From the human T2T-CHM13v2.0 reference genome, Homo sapiens, in NCBI RefSeq assembly GCF_009914755.1, contig NC_060929.1: 64,000 nucleotides of DNA; one strand, 5' to 3'. Of the stretch, positions 13,472 to 31,967 are shown piece after piece. The notes under the pieces were generated by a model. The model worked only from the letters and a program-made list of their open reading frames with translations, searched no databases and was not told the origin of the DNA. Each line of letters opens with the position of its first letter. The stretch's first letter is position 1. The translations under genes were made by a program, and so were the position numbers.

Positions 13472-14126
13472 TTTCATGCGCATCAGTGTGAAGAGACCAC
13501 CAAACAGGCTTTGTGTGAGCAATAAAGCTTTTAATCACCTGGGTGCAGGTGGACTGAGTCCGAAAAGAGATTCAGCGAAGGGAGATAGAGGTGGGGCCAT
13601 TTTATAAGATTTGGGTAGGTAAAGGAAAATTACAGTCAAAGGGGGGTTGTTCTCTGGTGGGCAGGAGTTGGGGGGTCGCAAGGTGCTCAGTGGGGGTGCT
13701 TTTGAGCCAGGATGAGCCAGGAAAAGGACTTTCACAAGGTTATGTCATCACTTAAGGCAAGGACCGGCCATTTTCACTTCTTTTGTGGTGGAATGTCATC
13801 AGTTAAGGCAGGAACAGGCCATTTTCATTTCTTTGGTGGTGGAATGTCATCAGTTAAGGCAAGGACCGGCCATTTTCAGTTCTTTTGTGGTGGAATGTCA
13901 TCAGTTAAGGCAAGGACCGGCCATTTTCAGTTCTTTTGTGGTGGAATGTCATCAGTTAAGGCAGGAACAGGCCATTTCACTTCTTTTGTAGTGGAATGTC
14001 ATCAGTTAAGGCGGGGCAGGGCATTTTCACTTCTTTTGTGATTCTTCAGTTACTTCAGGCCATCTGGGCATATTCGTGCAAGTCACCGGTGATGCGATGG
14101 CTTGGCTTGGGCTCAGAGGCCTGACA
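13472..14126 (-). mobile_element. HERV-H solo LTR7 (655 bp) with six-copy U3 tandem repeat
   Basis: Minus strand starts TGTCAGGCCTCTGAGCCCAAGCCAAGCCATCGCATC and ends CTCTTCACACTGATGCGCATGAAA; 5-bp TSD CCTAG at 13467-13471 and 14127-14131; TATAAAA at 13600-13606 and ATTAAA polyA signal on the minus strand. Confidence 0.97.
13742..14041. repeat. 51-bp tandem repeat x6 in LTR7 U3
   Basis: Units start ATGTCATCA at 13742, 13793, 13844, 13895, 13946, 13996. Confidence 0.97.
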
Positions 14127-14369
14127 CCTAGGGCTAGGAGGGTGTGTGATATGTGTGGTAAATGGTAAAGGCAAGCCTCAAACTGAGGTTTCCTGATAGC
14201 AGGTTCACTGCTGTTTGCACCATAGCAACTCCATTTGCTAAAGCAGTGCTGAACAATAAAATAATAATGCAAGTTATACGTTTAATTTTAAAATTTAGCC
14301 ACATTACAAAATGTACCATATTTAAAAAAATAAAAAGAAGCAGGTAAAATTAATTTTTTAAATTAAATT

Positions 14370-14570
14370 AAATTTGAATTTTAGTCAACATATAATAAAT
14401 ATACATATAATGGGGTACATAGTGATGTTTTGATGCTTATAATGAATATTGATCAGATGAAGATAATTAGCATATCCTTCACCTCAGACGTCGACCATTT
14501 TTTTGTGTTGGAAACATTTGTTATCCTCCTCCTAGCTATTTGGAACTATATAATATATTATTGTTAACTT
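14370..14570 (-). mobile_element. L1MA 3' end
   Basis: ATGGGGTACATAGTGATGTTTTG...AATTAGCATATCCTTCACCTCA. Confidence 0.75.
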
Positions 14571-14721
14571 TTGTAGAAACATTTAAAATAGTTTAAGATG
14601 TACAGAAAAGTTGCAAAAATGATGCAGAGAGTTCCCATTTACTCCACATCCTATTTCCCCTAGTGTTGGCATCTTACATTTATTTAGTGTGTTTGTTACA
14701 ATTAATAAAACAATACTGATA

Positions 14722-15017
14722 TTTTTTTTTTTTTTTGAGACAGGATCTTGCTGTGTTGCCCAGGCTGGAGTGTAGTGGTGCAATCACTGTTTGCTGCAAC
14801 CTTGACTTCCTGGGCTCAAGGGATCCTCTCACCTCAGCCTCCTTAGTAGTGAGGACCACAGGTGCATGCCATTATGCCCGGCTAATTTTTTTTTTTCTGT
14901 AGAGGCAGGATTTTCCCATGTTGCCCAGGTTGGTCTCAAACTCCTGAGCTCAAGCAATCTGCTGGCCTCAGCCCCGCAAAGTGCTGGGATTACAGGCATG
15001 AGTCACTGTGCCCATCC
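14722..15017 (-). mobile_element. AluJ
   Basis: Antisense dimer, CTGATA flanks. Confidence 0.93.
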
Positions 15018-15221
15018 CTGATACATTATTAATAACTAACATCCATATTTTATTCATATTATCTTTGTTTTTACCTAATGTCCTTTTTCTGTTCCAGGAT
15101 CCCATCTGAGATAACCATCATGTCTCTTTAGCTTCTTTAGACTTTGACAGTTTCTCAGACTTTTCTTGTTTTGATGACCTTGACAGTTTAAGGGTACTGG
15201 TCAGGTATTTTGTAGAATGTC

Positions 15222-17519
15222 CTGGCTATGGTCTGAATGTTTGTGCCATTATTCACCCCTACCTGCCCCTGCCCCATGATAAATTTATCTGTTAAAATCC
15301 TGTACCCCAAGGTGATGGTATTAGCAGGTGTATTAGTCTGTTTTCATGCTGCTGTTAAAGACATACCCAAGACTGGGAAGAAAAAGAGGTTTAATTGAAC
15401 TTGCAGTTCCACATGGCTGGGGAGGACTCAGAATCATGGCTGGAGGCAAAAGGCACTTCTTATGTGGTGGTGGCAAGAGAAAATGAGGAAGATGTAAAAG
15501 CAGAAACCCTTGACAAAACCATCAAATCTTGTGAGACTTATTCACTACCACAAAGAAAGTATGGGGGAAACTGCCCCCATGATACAAATTATGTACCACT
15601 GGGTCCCTCCCACAACACGTGGGAATTATGGGAGTCCAATTCAAGATGAGATTTGGGTGGGGACACAGAGCCAAGCCATATCAGCAGGTAAAGCCTTTGG
15701 GAAGTAATTTAATCATGGGGCAGAGCCCTTACAAATGAGATTAGTGCCCTTAACCAGGAAACTACAGAGAACTAGCTAGTCTCTTCTGCCACGTGAACAC
15801 AGTGAAAAGGTACCACCATTAATAAGGAAATAGGCCCTCACCAGACACAGAATCTGTTGATATCTTGATCTGGGACTTCTCAGTCTCCAGGAGTATGAGC
15901 AATACATTTCTGTTGTCAATAAGCTACCCAGTTTATGATATTTTGTTATAACAGCCCAAATGAACTAAGATAGAAATTGGTACCAGAAATGGAATGGTGC
16001 TGTAACAAATACCTGAAATGTGGAAATGGCTGTGGAACTGGGTAATAGAGAGAGGCTGGGAGAGTTTTGAGGTGCATATCTAAGAAATCACAAAATCATA
16101 AACAATGTTGATAGGAATATGGACAGTAAAGTCCATTTTGATGACATCTCAGGTGGAAATGGGGAATATTTGATTAGACACTGGAGAAAAGGCCATCCTT
16201 ACTGAAAAAGGGGCAAAGAACTTGTCTGAATTGTGTTCATGCCCTAGTATTTGTGGAAAAGATGGAAAAAGATGGAACTTGTGAATGATAACATAGGAAA
16301 TGAAGCTGGGGACATTTCTTAGCAAAGTGTTGATGTTGAGGGTGCAGCTTCAGCTTGGCTTCTCTTGTTCTCTTGGAGGCAGATAGTAAAATGTAAGAAG
16401 AGTGAAATGATTTAAAGATGGGATTTTTAATCAAAAGAGAAGCAGAATGCAAAGATTTGGAAAATTATCACTTTGTCCATATTTAAAGGAATTAGAAAGT
16501 ATATTTGAGAGAGACCACCAAAGTTATGGCCAAACTGCTGTTTGATAAAGAGGAGATTAGTATGGAGTTGTCAAGTGGTAGTCATTCAGACAATGGAAGA
16601 ATAACAACAAAGGAAGTTTGGAGACCATCACTGATGCCCCTCTCATTGGAGGCCCAGAGTGCAAAAGCCTCGGGGGCAGAATGATTTTAAATGAGGGATC
16701 ATGGGCTTCTACAGGACCTTCTTACTGGCTGCCTGGCACCCCTTCAAGGCTCTGCTCCCTGCATTCTAGCTCAGTGCTCCTTAGCCACCCCAGATTTTAG
16801 ATCCAGTGGGCCCAAGTGCAGTGCAGGTACAATAACCACTCTGCAAAAGGGCACAACTGGTAAACCCTGGCAGTGTCTCGGTGGTGCCATCTCCACGGCC
16901 ATACAGAGTCCATGAGCTGTGGAGTGTGGTTACCTCCACTTAGATTTAGAAGGATGGAGCCTCCTGGACCCTTGGGCATATGACCCAGACAGAGGGCCAC
17001 TGTGGGGCTAGGCCACAACAAAGAACCCCCAGCAGGGCAATGACTAGTGGAGCCATGGGGGCAAGGCTGCCTCTGAAACCTCTGACTAGTAGAGTCACCA
17101 GGTGTGATTCCAGCCTGGGAGAGCTTAAGGCACTTGGCTATAACTAGTAAGAGCTGTGGTGTGGGCTGTGCCCAGCAAAGCCACAGGGCAGGGCTACCTG
17201 GAGCTCTGGGGGCCTAACTCTTACTCCAATGTGTCTAGAGGGTGGAACATTGAGTCAAAGGTTATTGGTTATTTTTGAGACTTAAGATTTAATGTTGTTT
17301 GCCCTGTTGGGTTCCAGACTTACTTGGGACCTGTTATCCCTTTCTTCTTTACTATTTCTCCCATTTAGAATGGGAATGTCTAGCCTATATCTGTCCTACC
17401 CTTGTATTTTGGAAGCAAATAATGTATTTGACACTACACGTTCACAGCTAGAGGGCAATTTGCCCCAGGATGAACTGTACCCTAAGTCTCACATATATTT
17501 GATTTAGATGATATTTAAA
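15222..17519 (+). mobile_element. MaLR MLT1A-type 5' LTR (15222-~15972) plus internal sequence
   Basis: GCTATGGTCTGAATGTTTGTG start, AACAGCCCAAATGAACTAAGATA LTR end, then GAAATTGGTACCAG...GGAACTGGGTAAT MaLR-int; 3' LTR not seen. Confidence 0.85.
15329..15683 (-). mobile_element. THE1 solo LTR (THE1C-like)
   Basis: TGTATTAGTCTGTTTTCATGCTGCTG...CCAAGCCATATCA; 5-bp TSD GCAGG at 15324-15328 and 15684-15688. Confidence 0.93.
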
Positions 17520-17742
17520 TGATGACCTTGATAATCTGGCTGAGCTAAGTGTTTGACAGGTTTCTCTACCATAGAGTTATACTCCCATTTCTTTCCATAC
17601 TGTACTCTTTGGAAAGAAAAGTTAAGGGTGAGAGTTAAGCTCTACTTCCTTGAGGGGGAAGAATCTCCATAGGTCATTTGAAATTCTTCATGGGAAATTT
17701 ATTTATTCTTCCTCATGTATTTATTGAAAAGTATTATTTATT

Positions 17743-18129
<387 letters not shown>

Positions 18130-18591
18130 TTACCCTTTCCATTCATAATCAATATAAAACGTTTGAAGGCTTTGCATAAAAACAAAATGAAGAATACGTT
18201 ATAAATAAGTCTTCAAAATCTGGCATGTGGTTTACGCTTATAACATATTTTAATTTGGATGCTAAACTTTCATTGGAAATACGTGTTCTATATTTATATT
18301 TCATAAAATTTATAGTTCAAAATGTAGATTCACATACGCAAAAAACTACAGCTATACCTAAAAGTTTTCCAAAAAATGAAATAAGTACTAAAAAGTCACA
18401 TTCTTTTAATAGTTGCATCTATTTTACAAAATTAGTTCATCTTTTTTAGAATTTATTTGACCTACTTGGGACCTGCTATCCCCATAATTTCACAATATGT
18501 ACAAATTAAGTAAATTCACTAACTCTGTGTCAGATTGGTACTATTGCCATCAAATTCAAAGTGGTATTGCATAAATTGAAAAGCATCTTTA

Positions 18592-18751
18592 GGCTGGGCA
18601 CAGTTGCTAACAACTGTAATCTCAGCACTTGAAGGCCGAGGTGGGAAGATTGCTTAAACCTAGGAGCTTAGGACCAGCCTGGGCAACATAGAAAGACCCT
18701 GTTTTCACCCCCCGGAACCAAAAATAAGATAAGATAAGATAAGATAAGATA

Positions 18752-18782
<31 letters not shown>

Positions 18783-18926
18783 CTGGGTGTGTGTAGTCAC
18801 AGCTACTCCAGAGGCTGAGGCAGGAGGATTACTTGAGGCCAGACACTCAAGGCTGCAGTGAGCTGTGATTTTGCCACAGCACTCCAGCCTGGGTGACAGA
18901 GTAAGACCTTGTCTCTTAAAAAATTA
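18592..18926 (+). mobile_element. AluJ with (TAAGA)11 in the central linker
   Basis: TSD AAAG(C/T)ATCTTTAG; repeat at 18725-18779. Confidence 0.93.
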
Positions 18927-18999
18927 AAGTATCTTTAGATTTACCACAATCAACAAAGACTTATTTAACTTTTTCTTTTAGTTTTTGAAGCAATTTACA

Positions 19000-20700
<1,701 letters not shown>

Positions 20701-21144
20701 AGATTTCCATTCAATTCTGTGTAAGTAATATGCCTTTATTTTTAATCTAAAAATGTGTCCATACTTATTTTTTTGTACTGAAATTATGATTTAATGGTAT
20801 TATGATTAAAATAACTAGTATTTCAGTTTATTAAGTATGATTTCCACAGATATTACTCTAACTCCTGCTGTCTCTCTAAAATAATGAAATAAAAATACTA
20901 TAGTGTTACACTTATGAACAGGAAAAAGGATTCAACTTGAATCAATACATTGTCATCTGTTAGGCTGGTAATACCTTTCCATGTAAAAATGATGCATGTA
21001 CCACATATTTTGCACTCTATAATATAACAATTACTTCTTATACAGTACAATGGTTAAAGTAATGAGTACTTCTATGAAAACAATAAAGTTGAGTTTAGTG
21101 GAAACATAGTTTAATTTAAATTTCAATTAATTAAAGTTAAATAA

Positions 21145-21701
<557 letters not shown>

Positions 21702-21985
21702 TGAAAAAATGAACAGAGACAATTTATAGGTGTATTCTGCCTCAATATGCTTTGTGTAGTTTGGTTACCTGGGAAAAGTAACAGAAAAACTTAAAAGTTT
21801 GAAAGAAATATGTATCAGCATAAAATGATGGTAGGTAGTAGCTAATTCAGCTCAGGGGAAGTAAATTTTCCTGACTTTTATGCCAGAAGTCATCCTAAGG
21901 AAGGGTGAGTAGGATAGAAGACATGAATTTCTGGGTTGTAAAAGAGAGATTGCACTTGCCTTACAAATGAATGACTATGAAGGGG

Positions 21986-22158
21986 ATTTTTTTTTTTTTT
22001 TTTTTTTTAAGAGATGAGGTCTTGCTCTCTTACCCAGGCTGAAGTGCGGTGACATGATCATAGTTCACCGCAGCCTCGATCTCCTTGGCTCAAACAATTC
22101 TCCTGCCTCAGCCTCCTGAGTAGCTAGGACTACAAGCCTGTGCCACCCCTCCTGGCCT
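21986..22158 (-). mobile_element. Alu monomer (FRAM-like)
   Basis: Single antisense right arm with poly-T. Confidence 0.85.
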
Positions 22159-22169
22159 AATGGGAGAAA

Positions 22170-22365
22170 GATTTTGACCCATCATTCAGAGGACCTTGTT
22201 AAGATCAGAGCCAAAGATGAGATACACTGCCTTGGTTAACTCAGGGTCTCTGTCTCTGGGCAACCAGAGATTGAGTACAGAATCTAGGACATTCCAGCAT
22301 CAGATGGGAGAATAAGTCTGAATGACCCAGAAAGTCCATTCCAACCTCTAGATTTTGTGAGTCAA
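22170..22365 (+). mobile_element. MIR3/L3 3' end remnant
   Basis: GTCCATTCCAACCTCTAGATTTTGTGA. Confidence 0.45.
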
Positions 22366-23539
22366 AATTGGAAAAGCATAATTGGCTTTCCTTTCTATCA
22401 GCTGTTATAACTTATCCTGATTCTTTTTTCAGCCTGTGAAGTGGGTGGTGTTTTTGTATTTTGTCCCAAATCCTAACCAGCAGAACTGTTCTGGCCATAC
22501 AGATAAGCGCACTCCTTTGACAATTTCTCTATTGACTAATTCATGACTCACTTTGACTCTATTTATGGATTTATGCCCTTCTTAGTCCCAGAGACAATTT
22601 GAAACAGTTTACAGTCAAAACAATATACCTAGGCACTTTACAAAGCAGGGCCAAAGAAGGGATTGTATTGCAGATAGACTAGTCCTAATTTCCAAAGAGA
22701 TTAGGGTCCAACTCCCCCACGTCTTTTTTATAAGATTGACGACTTGAGCCCAAGATGTTTAAATTTAAATCAATAGCCTATTAATGACACAGATGGGATT
22801 ATCTTACTTTTAAGACATAGTTGCAAATCAAATTATCTGAACACTGTAATAACTCTCCCATCCTTGAAGCAGTGTTGTAAATGTAAATGAATAGTCAAAG
22901 TCAAAACATAGGAAAGCAACGTGACAAATTTCAAATTAATGTTTCCCAAATGCACAGCATTTTCACATATTTAATTGATTTAATGCGTAGTCGCTCTAAG
23001 CAAGAATCTGCTTTATTAGAAAACCACATCAAATCTGACCTAATATAATTAAAATTGTTTACTGCTACCATGTGAGTAATGTAAGATGTGTTTAATTCAT
23101 TGATTTACTCTAAGGGTCTCAAGCTATTATGTTTAAAACAACATTTCAAAGTGATCTTTTACATTTAGAATTACTCTCCTTTTAAACTTCTATAATCAGT
23201 AAGGGTGTTGGGCTAGCTAATCTCTGATGCAGTGCTCTTCCTAATCTACAATCCAATATTTCTTCTCTCTTCGCCTCCTTCACACACACACAAAGTCACC
23301 TTGTTGTCTACCCTGTCAAATCCTTGCTGGGTTCCCCATCTTAGTATCAGGCAGATTCATGACTAAGAATACAGGAGGGACTGCTGTCCTTCAGCCTTCA
23401 CCCGTAATCCATGGTGGTCTTCTTGACTAGTGTTTGTAGTGACCACCACACACATGCAGTTTATGCAAAAAATCAAGTATGAGCTCTATAAAGGCTCTAA
23501 CACAGCGTTCAGATGGAAGGAGAAAGAAAGAAAGTGGTA

Positions 23540-24009
<470 letters not shown>

Positions 24010-24646
24010 TCATAACCTGATTTCTTGTCCACATTTTCCTTTTATACTCCAGTGAACAACTGCCACCAAGATCACCCACGTCTGCCCAGGAATTCTCTTC
24101 CCATAAGAACTTGCAGCCCATAGGCCTTTTCTCCATCTCCAGTGGGGAAACGTTGAACTTCCAACCCAGCCCTTCTTTGCCCTTTACCCCTCCGTCATGC
24201 CCTAACTTCTCAACCAAAGATTCTTTCCTGCCCAGAGCTCCTACCTTTGCCCTGCATTCCTAATAGCAATTAATGCTCTTTCCTGTTGTAATATTCTAAT
24301 TCAAGTTTTATTTCCCCCCACTCCACCACCAACTCCCTGTTTTTATTCTTAAACCAAATAGGCAGGTGACCTCCTAATCTCACTCACCTGTTCAGATTTC
24401 TCACTGTCTCCTCCTCTTTTTATATTTTTTGTTGTTGTAATTTGCTTCCATGGCACATGACCCTTTGTTAATTCTGACTCTATAGTGATTTCTGCTCTTG
24501 TGGACTCCAGGCAACTTTATTGGTTTTCCAGGCCACCATGAAAGTTGATAAGTTTGAGAACCAGACCCCTACATTTTCTTGATTTAGGCTGAGAGGTTGA
24601 AAAATGGTCATATTAGAATAAGTAAACTGGATACAATTAATTGTAA

Positions 24647-24979
<333 letters not shown>

Positions 24980-25089
24980 TTCTTATATTTTATATATCAA
25001 TAGGGTTTACATGTCTGTGGGTGTTAGAAACTTGGTGTAGGCAGAAAAGAAGAGGTTTAGGTGAACTCTTCAAAAACACCCTCATTTTG

Positions 25090-25240
25090 TTTTTGTTCAA
25101 CAAGTACTTGCTGAATTTTTATCTGTGCCAGGACTGTGCTGGACAATACCTACAGTGCATATGATGGACATAGCCCTGCCCTATCAAGCTTACTTTTCGG
25201 TAAGAAAGGTGCACATTGTATAGGCAGATGACAAATAAAG
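25090..25240 (-). mobile_element. L2 fragment
   Basis: TTCAACAAGTACTTGCTGAA...TGTGCCAGG...GCCCTGCCCT. Confidence 0.6.
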
Positions 25241-25489
25241 TAAGCAGTAGCAGTCACTCAACACATCAAAAGTTATTCTGACCACTTGAAAGGCAGCAGT
25301 CATCTCAAAGCATCTTACCTCCCTCCAAAAAAACATAAAGAGGTATCTGTTGATTTCAATATTAATGCTAAGATGCGATAATAAAAATGCTCAGTGGATA
25401 TAGCATGCAAACATATGTATGTACATTTTCAAATCATTTTGTTAAGGATTTTGTTTTCTGGGAGATACAGTTGTATTTTGGGAAAAAAA

Positions 25490-25695
25490 TAAAATCAGAT
25501 GGTCTTGGTATAGATTTTAATGCCAACTAGCTGTGTTATCTTGAGCGTGATATTTAAACGTTCTGGATCCTCTCATTAATTTGAGAGTAAAACAACCTAC
25601 CTCAAAATATTGTTGTAAATACTTAGTGAAGTAATTTATATAAAAAAAAACCTCCTGTAGAATATCTGACATTTGTGTAGTGAGTTAACATTTGA
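25490..25695 (+). mobile_element. MIR
   Basis: ACTAGCTGTGTTATCTTGAGC...ACCTACCTCA. Confidence 0.6.
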
Positions 25696-26071
25696 AAAAA
25701 TAATCAGAATGCTTAGACATATAACCAAATTTTTCTTCAGCAGACACATTTAAAAGTATCCCTCTCTAAAATTTTGAGCCAAAGAGAACAATTTCGGCCT
25801 ATGGGTTTTTATCTAAAAAAATAGTTGTGCTGTTATTTGTATCTAACAGTTTTTAATAAAGCCAACTCAATAGAATTTTAAGTGGCTATTATTGATGTGT
25901 CAAAGATAAATAGTAAGATTTTTTTAGATCAAAGAAGTTTAAAATCTTTTGGGTGTATAAGACAAATATGCCAAAAATAATAATTTTTGATTTTTTTTTT
26001 TGTTTGGCCAGCAGTGTCTTTCTCCTCCAGCTTATTTCCTCAACAACCTCAGAGAATGGGGCAGAGACATA

Positions 26072-26565
26072 GTATATCAGTTAGCTATTGCTGCATAACA
26101 AATGACCCCACAACTCAGTAATTGAACCTGACAATAATTTCTTCCCAATCATGTGTTTGCAAATCAACCGGGAATCTGCTGTACTTGGCTGAGGAGTTCT
26201 GATTCAAGCCTAGAGTCCAGTTGCATTTGACTTTTTGATATAGGTTGTACTCAGTAGTGCTTCATCTATATTCATTCTACAGCACAGAATAAACGGCATC
26301 ACCTATCCAATTGCAATTGCAGAGGCATAAGAGTGCAAGTGAAAATATAACACATGAGGCTCTTGAAAGCCTAGGTTGAGCACAGTCAGCTATCAGTTCT
26401 GCCCACAGGCCATTGCCCAAAACAAATCAAATGGCCAGATCCCAAGTTAAGAGGCAAGGAAGTACACTTCACTGCTAGAGTGTGAAAGAGTGCACTGTTA
26501 CCTGGCAAAGCATAGAGATTCAAAAAAAGGATGAAGAAATGGGGCCAGGAACTCATTCTACCACA
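26072..26565 (-). mobile_element. MaLR LTR (MLT1H-like)
   Basis: TATCAGTTAGCTATTGCTGCATAACAAA...TTCTACCACA. Confidence 0.75.
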
Positions 26566-27624
26566 TTAAAGTAGGTTGAGAGTTATGTGCAGGACACAAA
26601 AGTACACTAGATCTGATTTTTAAGAATTTTTCACCATATGGGTCAATAGGAAAGAAAGAAGGAAATGGTAAGGAAATATCAAATTGTGAATTTCTCCAGG
26701 AGGCATATATTCTAATACACCTTTCAGAATTTTGCAAGAATCTCTTGTTCAGTTGTAAGCACCACTGGATAGTATTTTGAACACTTCAAAATAAACTGTT
26801 TCAGTGAAGCTGAAATGTACTAATTTTGAATACTTAGCCATCTGGAGCATTAGATGCTTAATTACAGCTGAAAACTCATGAATGAACAGTGTGAGGCAGT
26901 TTTTCTTTCCAGTGGATCCCAACTGTGTTTGTCTTCATTCTCAGGAGAGGAAAAAAGGGGAAATATGCCAGTGGTTATATTATGCCGTTTCTTGGGCTTT
27001 TTCTTTTCTTCTCTTTTTATGTATGCCCGTCTTAAAAATATCATCAAGCCATGCCAAGATCTTGTACCTTTTCATAATACATCAGCTACAAATGCATCTG
27101 TCTGTTATGTGAAGTAATAATGGTCATTGAAGATTGTTTTATTATGTCAACCAATAAACTCAGTTTCTCATTTAAACTCAATTTCCTCAAAGCTTGCATG
27201 TTTTATATATTTTTGGAGCACATTTCTCCCTATTTGATGTATTCAAAACTCTTAACTAACTACAATTATAAAAAGAAAAGAATCGATGGTTCTATTTTCA
27301 TTGTGAGAAACACAATTCGCTTAGAATAATTGAGCTAAGAAATTAAGAACTGAAGTACGGACTTTACTAATCTCCTTTCTCCATTTCCTCCTGAACATAC
27401 TGAAGGTCAGTAAAAGCCAACTCTGCAAACACTATGTAAGGCACTTAAGGTACCTTCAGCCTTGGCCAGGTTGTTCAGAACTTGCAGATGTAGTTTAAGG
27501 CTCTTCTTTGCTATCAAAGTGCTTGTAGTTTGTTTGAGAGGCAAAGTAGTGGTATGAAATAGTCAACTGCAAATCTAGCACTATATTATATGCTACATTT
27601 CTTGGTATTAGAGGGAACCTCTCT

Positions 27625-27880
27625 TTCTCCACCCTGTGTTAATTAGCTCTGTCCTCACCTTCTTCATCTCTCAGTACACCCGCTTATATCCTTCAGAGCA
27701 CTTATCACAGTTTCTGGTTCTATATTTGCATATGTGTTTATTGCCTGTAGGCCCCATTAGGTTGTAAGCTCTAATGGCAGGTGCCTTGTCCAATTTATCC
27801 ACTGATAGATACCCTGTGCTTCACATGGGGGTTAGCCTTTGTACATTCTGTTGAACGGATGACTGAATGAATGAGTGGAA
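27625..27880 (+). mobile_element. L2 3' end
   Basis: AGCACTTATCACAG...GTAAGCTC...TGTTGAACGGATGACTGAATGAATG. Confidence 0.65.
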
Positions 27881-27895
27881 GGAAGGAAGGAAGAA

Positions 27896-27943
<48 letters not shown>

Positions 27944-27973
27944 AAAGAAAGAAAAAGAAAGAAAGAAAGAAAG
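27878..27973. repeat. (GGAA)n/(GAAA)n microsatellite
   Basis: Direct reading. Confidence 0.95.
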
Positions 27974-28349
27974 GTCTCTGTTGAAGTAAAATAATTTAGA
28001 GGACTTTAATTTGAGATTTAGTTTGCTAGAATGAAGACCCATACTTGAGGATTTGTTGCTGTTGTTCTGGGGATATGATGTGTTAGATGGAAGAAGAAAG
28101 GGCAGTCAGGTAAGCAGATATGATAAAAATGCGTGTGCCCATCCTACTCTTCTGCCACCCAGCATGTTTGGGAGCTGGGCCAGCTCTAATGACACAATTC
28201 TCTACCTTAAGGAACAGAGGGAGAGAGAGAGAGAGAGAGAGAGACTGACTGTGTCCACTCTGGTCTCAGAATTCTGATTCTGAAAGGCAGTTCTTGGTCA
28301 GTCGTGTGTGGTAATAATAGGAGAACCTCATTCGTGAGCATGTAATTTT

Positions 28350-28570
28350 ATCAGCAGGTACTGTTTACAAAGCACTGTCAATATGCCATGTCCTGTGGTT
28401 AAGTGCTTACACAGTGTAATCTCCGATTGTGAACAACAGCCCTAAGTGGTAGTTATTACTACTGAGCCCATTTTACATCAAGGTGACTAAGGATCAGGAG
28501 AAGACAAGTGGCAGTGAAGTGTCTTGGCTGAGATTTGAAGTCAGTTCTGTCTAACTGGAGTTCATGCTCA
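28350..28570 (-). mobile_element. MIR
   Basis: AACAGCCCTAAGTGGTAG...CCCATTTTACA...GATTTGAAGTCAGTTCTGTCT. Confidence 0.65.
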
Positions 28571-28749
28571 GAGCCCATGCTTCTCTCAAGGAAAAAAGAA
28601 GGAAAAGAAAACTATAATCCATTTTTTCTTCTGGTAGACTTAATTTGAATACTTTTCCTTCTTGTGCATGAAAACAACCTCAAGACAGTTACTTAATCAT
28701 TTAATCAATCCATGGTTACTGAACTTCTAGGTCTTTGGGATACAAAGAT

Positions 28750-29960
<1,211 letters not shown>

Positions 29961-29989
29961 AGGCTCTAAGAAATTAAACCACAGTTGGG

Positions 29990-30110
29990 GGAGGCATTTA
30001 CGTAAATAAGAAAATTGGGGTTTAGAGAGGTTAAGAAACTTCTTGGGCCACAGAACTACTAAGTGTTGGAGCCAGGATTTAAGTCCAAGCTTGTTTGACC
30101 TGAGAACCTT
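29990..30110 (-). mobile_element. MIR
   Basis: AGAGAGGTTAAG...GGAGCCAGGATTT. Confidence 0.65.
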
Positions 30111-30839
30111 GTGATAACAGAAGAATTCCCCCTGCTGAATTCCCCGTTAGTTATTGCAGAACAGAGAACTTTGTGAAGCCAGGTGCTTTTCTTGTAAGGG
30201 GAGCCTGGTCAGAAGTTGCCTTGCTTTTGGGAAGTCCAGAATCCACTCTGCCTAGAACTCTACTTTTTCAGAAAGTCAAGAATTCCTGTCATCAGTTATT
30301 TTACCAATGCTTACATCAAAGTCATCACAAAATTTTCTCCTTTTTAATAGCTGAGTACGTGGTAACACAGATATATTAAGTAACTTCATTGAATTCAACC
30401 AGCAAGTCACTCTCAGACCTGAATGAGAAGGAGACTAAGCAAGCTGAAATGAAAATACAACATAAATGTATCCAGTCAGCAGGAATATGTTAGGCCCTAT
30501 TTTTAGGAGTTAGAGCTACATATAAAAACAATTATGCTGAACAAACTTAAATTTGATGTTTAAACTCAAAGGGGCATTGAAATTAGATGAATAAATATTA
30601 TATCCATGGTACAGTATAATCACAGATGGTTTTCTTTCTGTTTTCTGGAAAGATAAATGTAGAAGCTACGACTATAACACTTTGCTTTGCGGGCATATAT
30701 TTATGTCATGACTATTATAGAAAGGTAATATGTTACCCTGAACTTTGTGTCTTTTTGATTTGTTAATGTAAGTATGAATGTACATAAATCTAAAATAAGG
30801 CCTGCAATAATATCCCCATTGTTTTTCTTTTTCTTGTTA

Positions 30840-31720
<881 letters not shown>

Positions 31721-31967
31721 CTTTATGGCTTTATTTGCTGATGGAGAATGATTCCAGAAGAAAAAAGCATCCTACCTTTACTTACCACAGATTCTGTCCA
31801 CTAAATAATCATATTCATGAAACCTCAAATCCCCAAATTCAGTATCAACTCTCTTGACTTGAATTTCTCACTTATTACCTTTCCCATGCTTTAAGTCAAT
31901 TTAAAGGACATTTTTTATTGATACAGTTGATTCACATTCAAGCTGATACTAACTGGCAATTATCAAC

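Noticed and set aside
13712-14041. 109-aa ORF with 17-aa repeats (MSSVKARTGHFQFFCGG)
   Set aside because: Antisense read-through of the 51-bp (3x17) LTR7 tandem repeat; no independent coding evidence
13742-14041. CRISPR-like regular repeat array
   Set aside because: Head-to-tail tandem units without unique spacers, inside a retroviral LTR in primate DNA; no cas genes
30121-30146. Tandem GAATTCCCC NF-kB-like sites
   Set aside because: Both miss the full GGGRNNYYCC consensus; not distinguishable from chance
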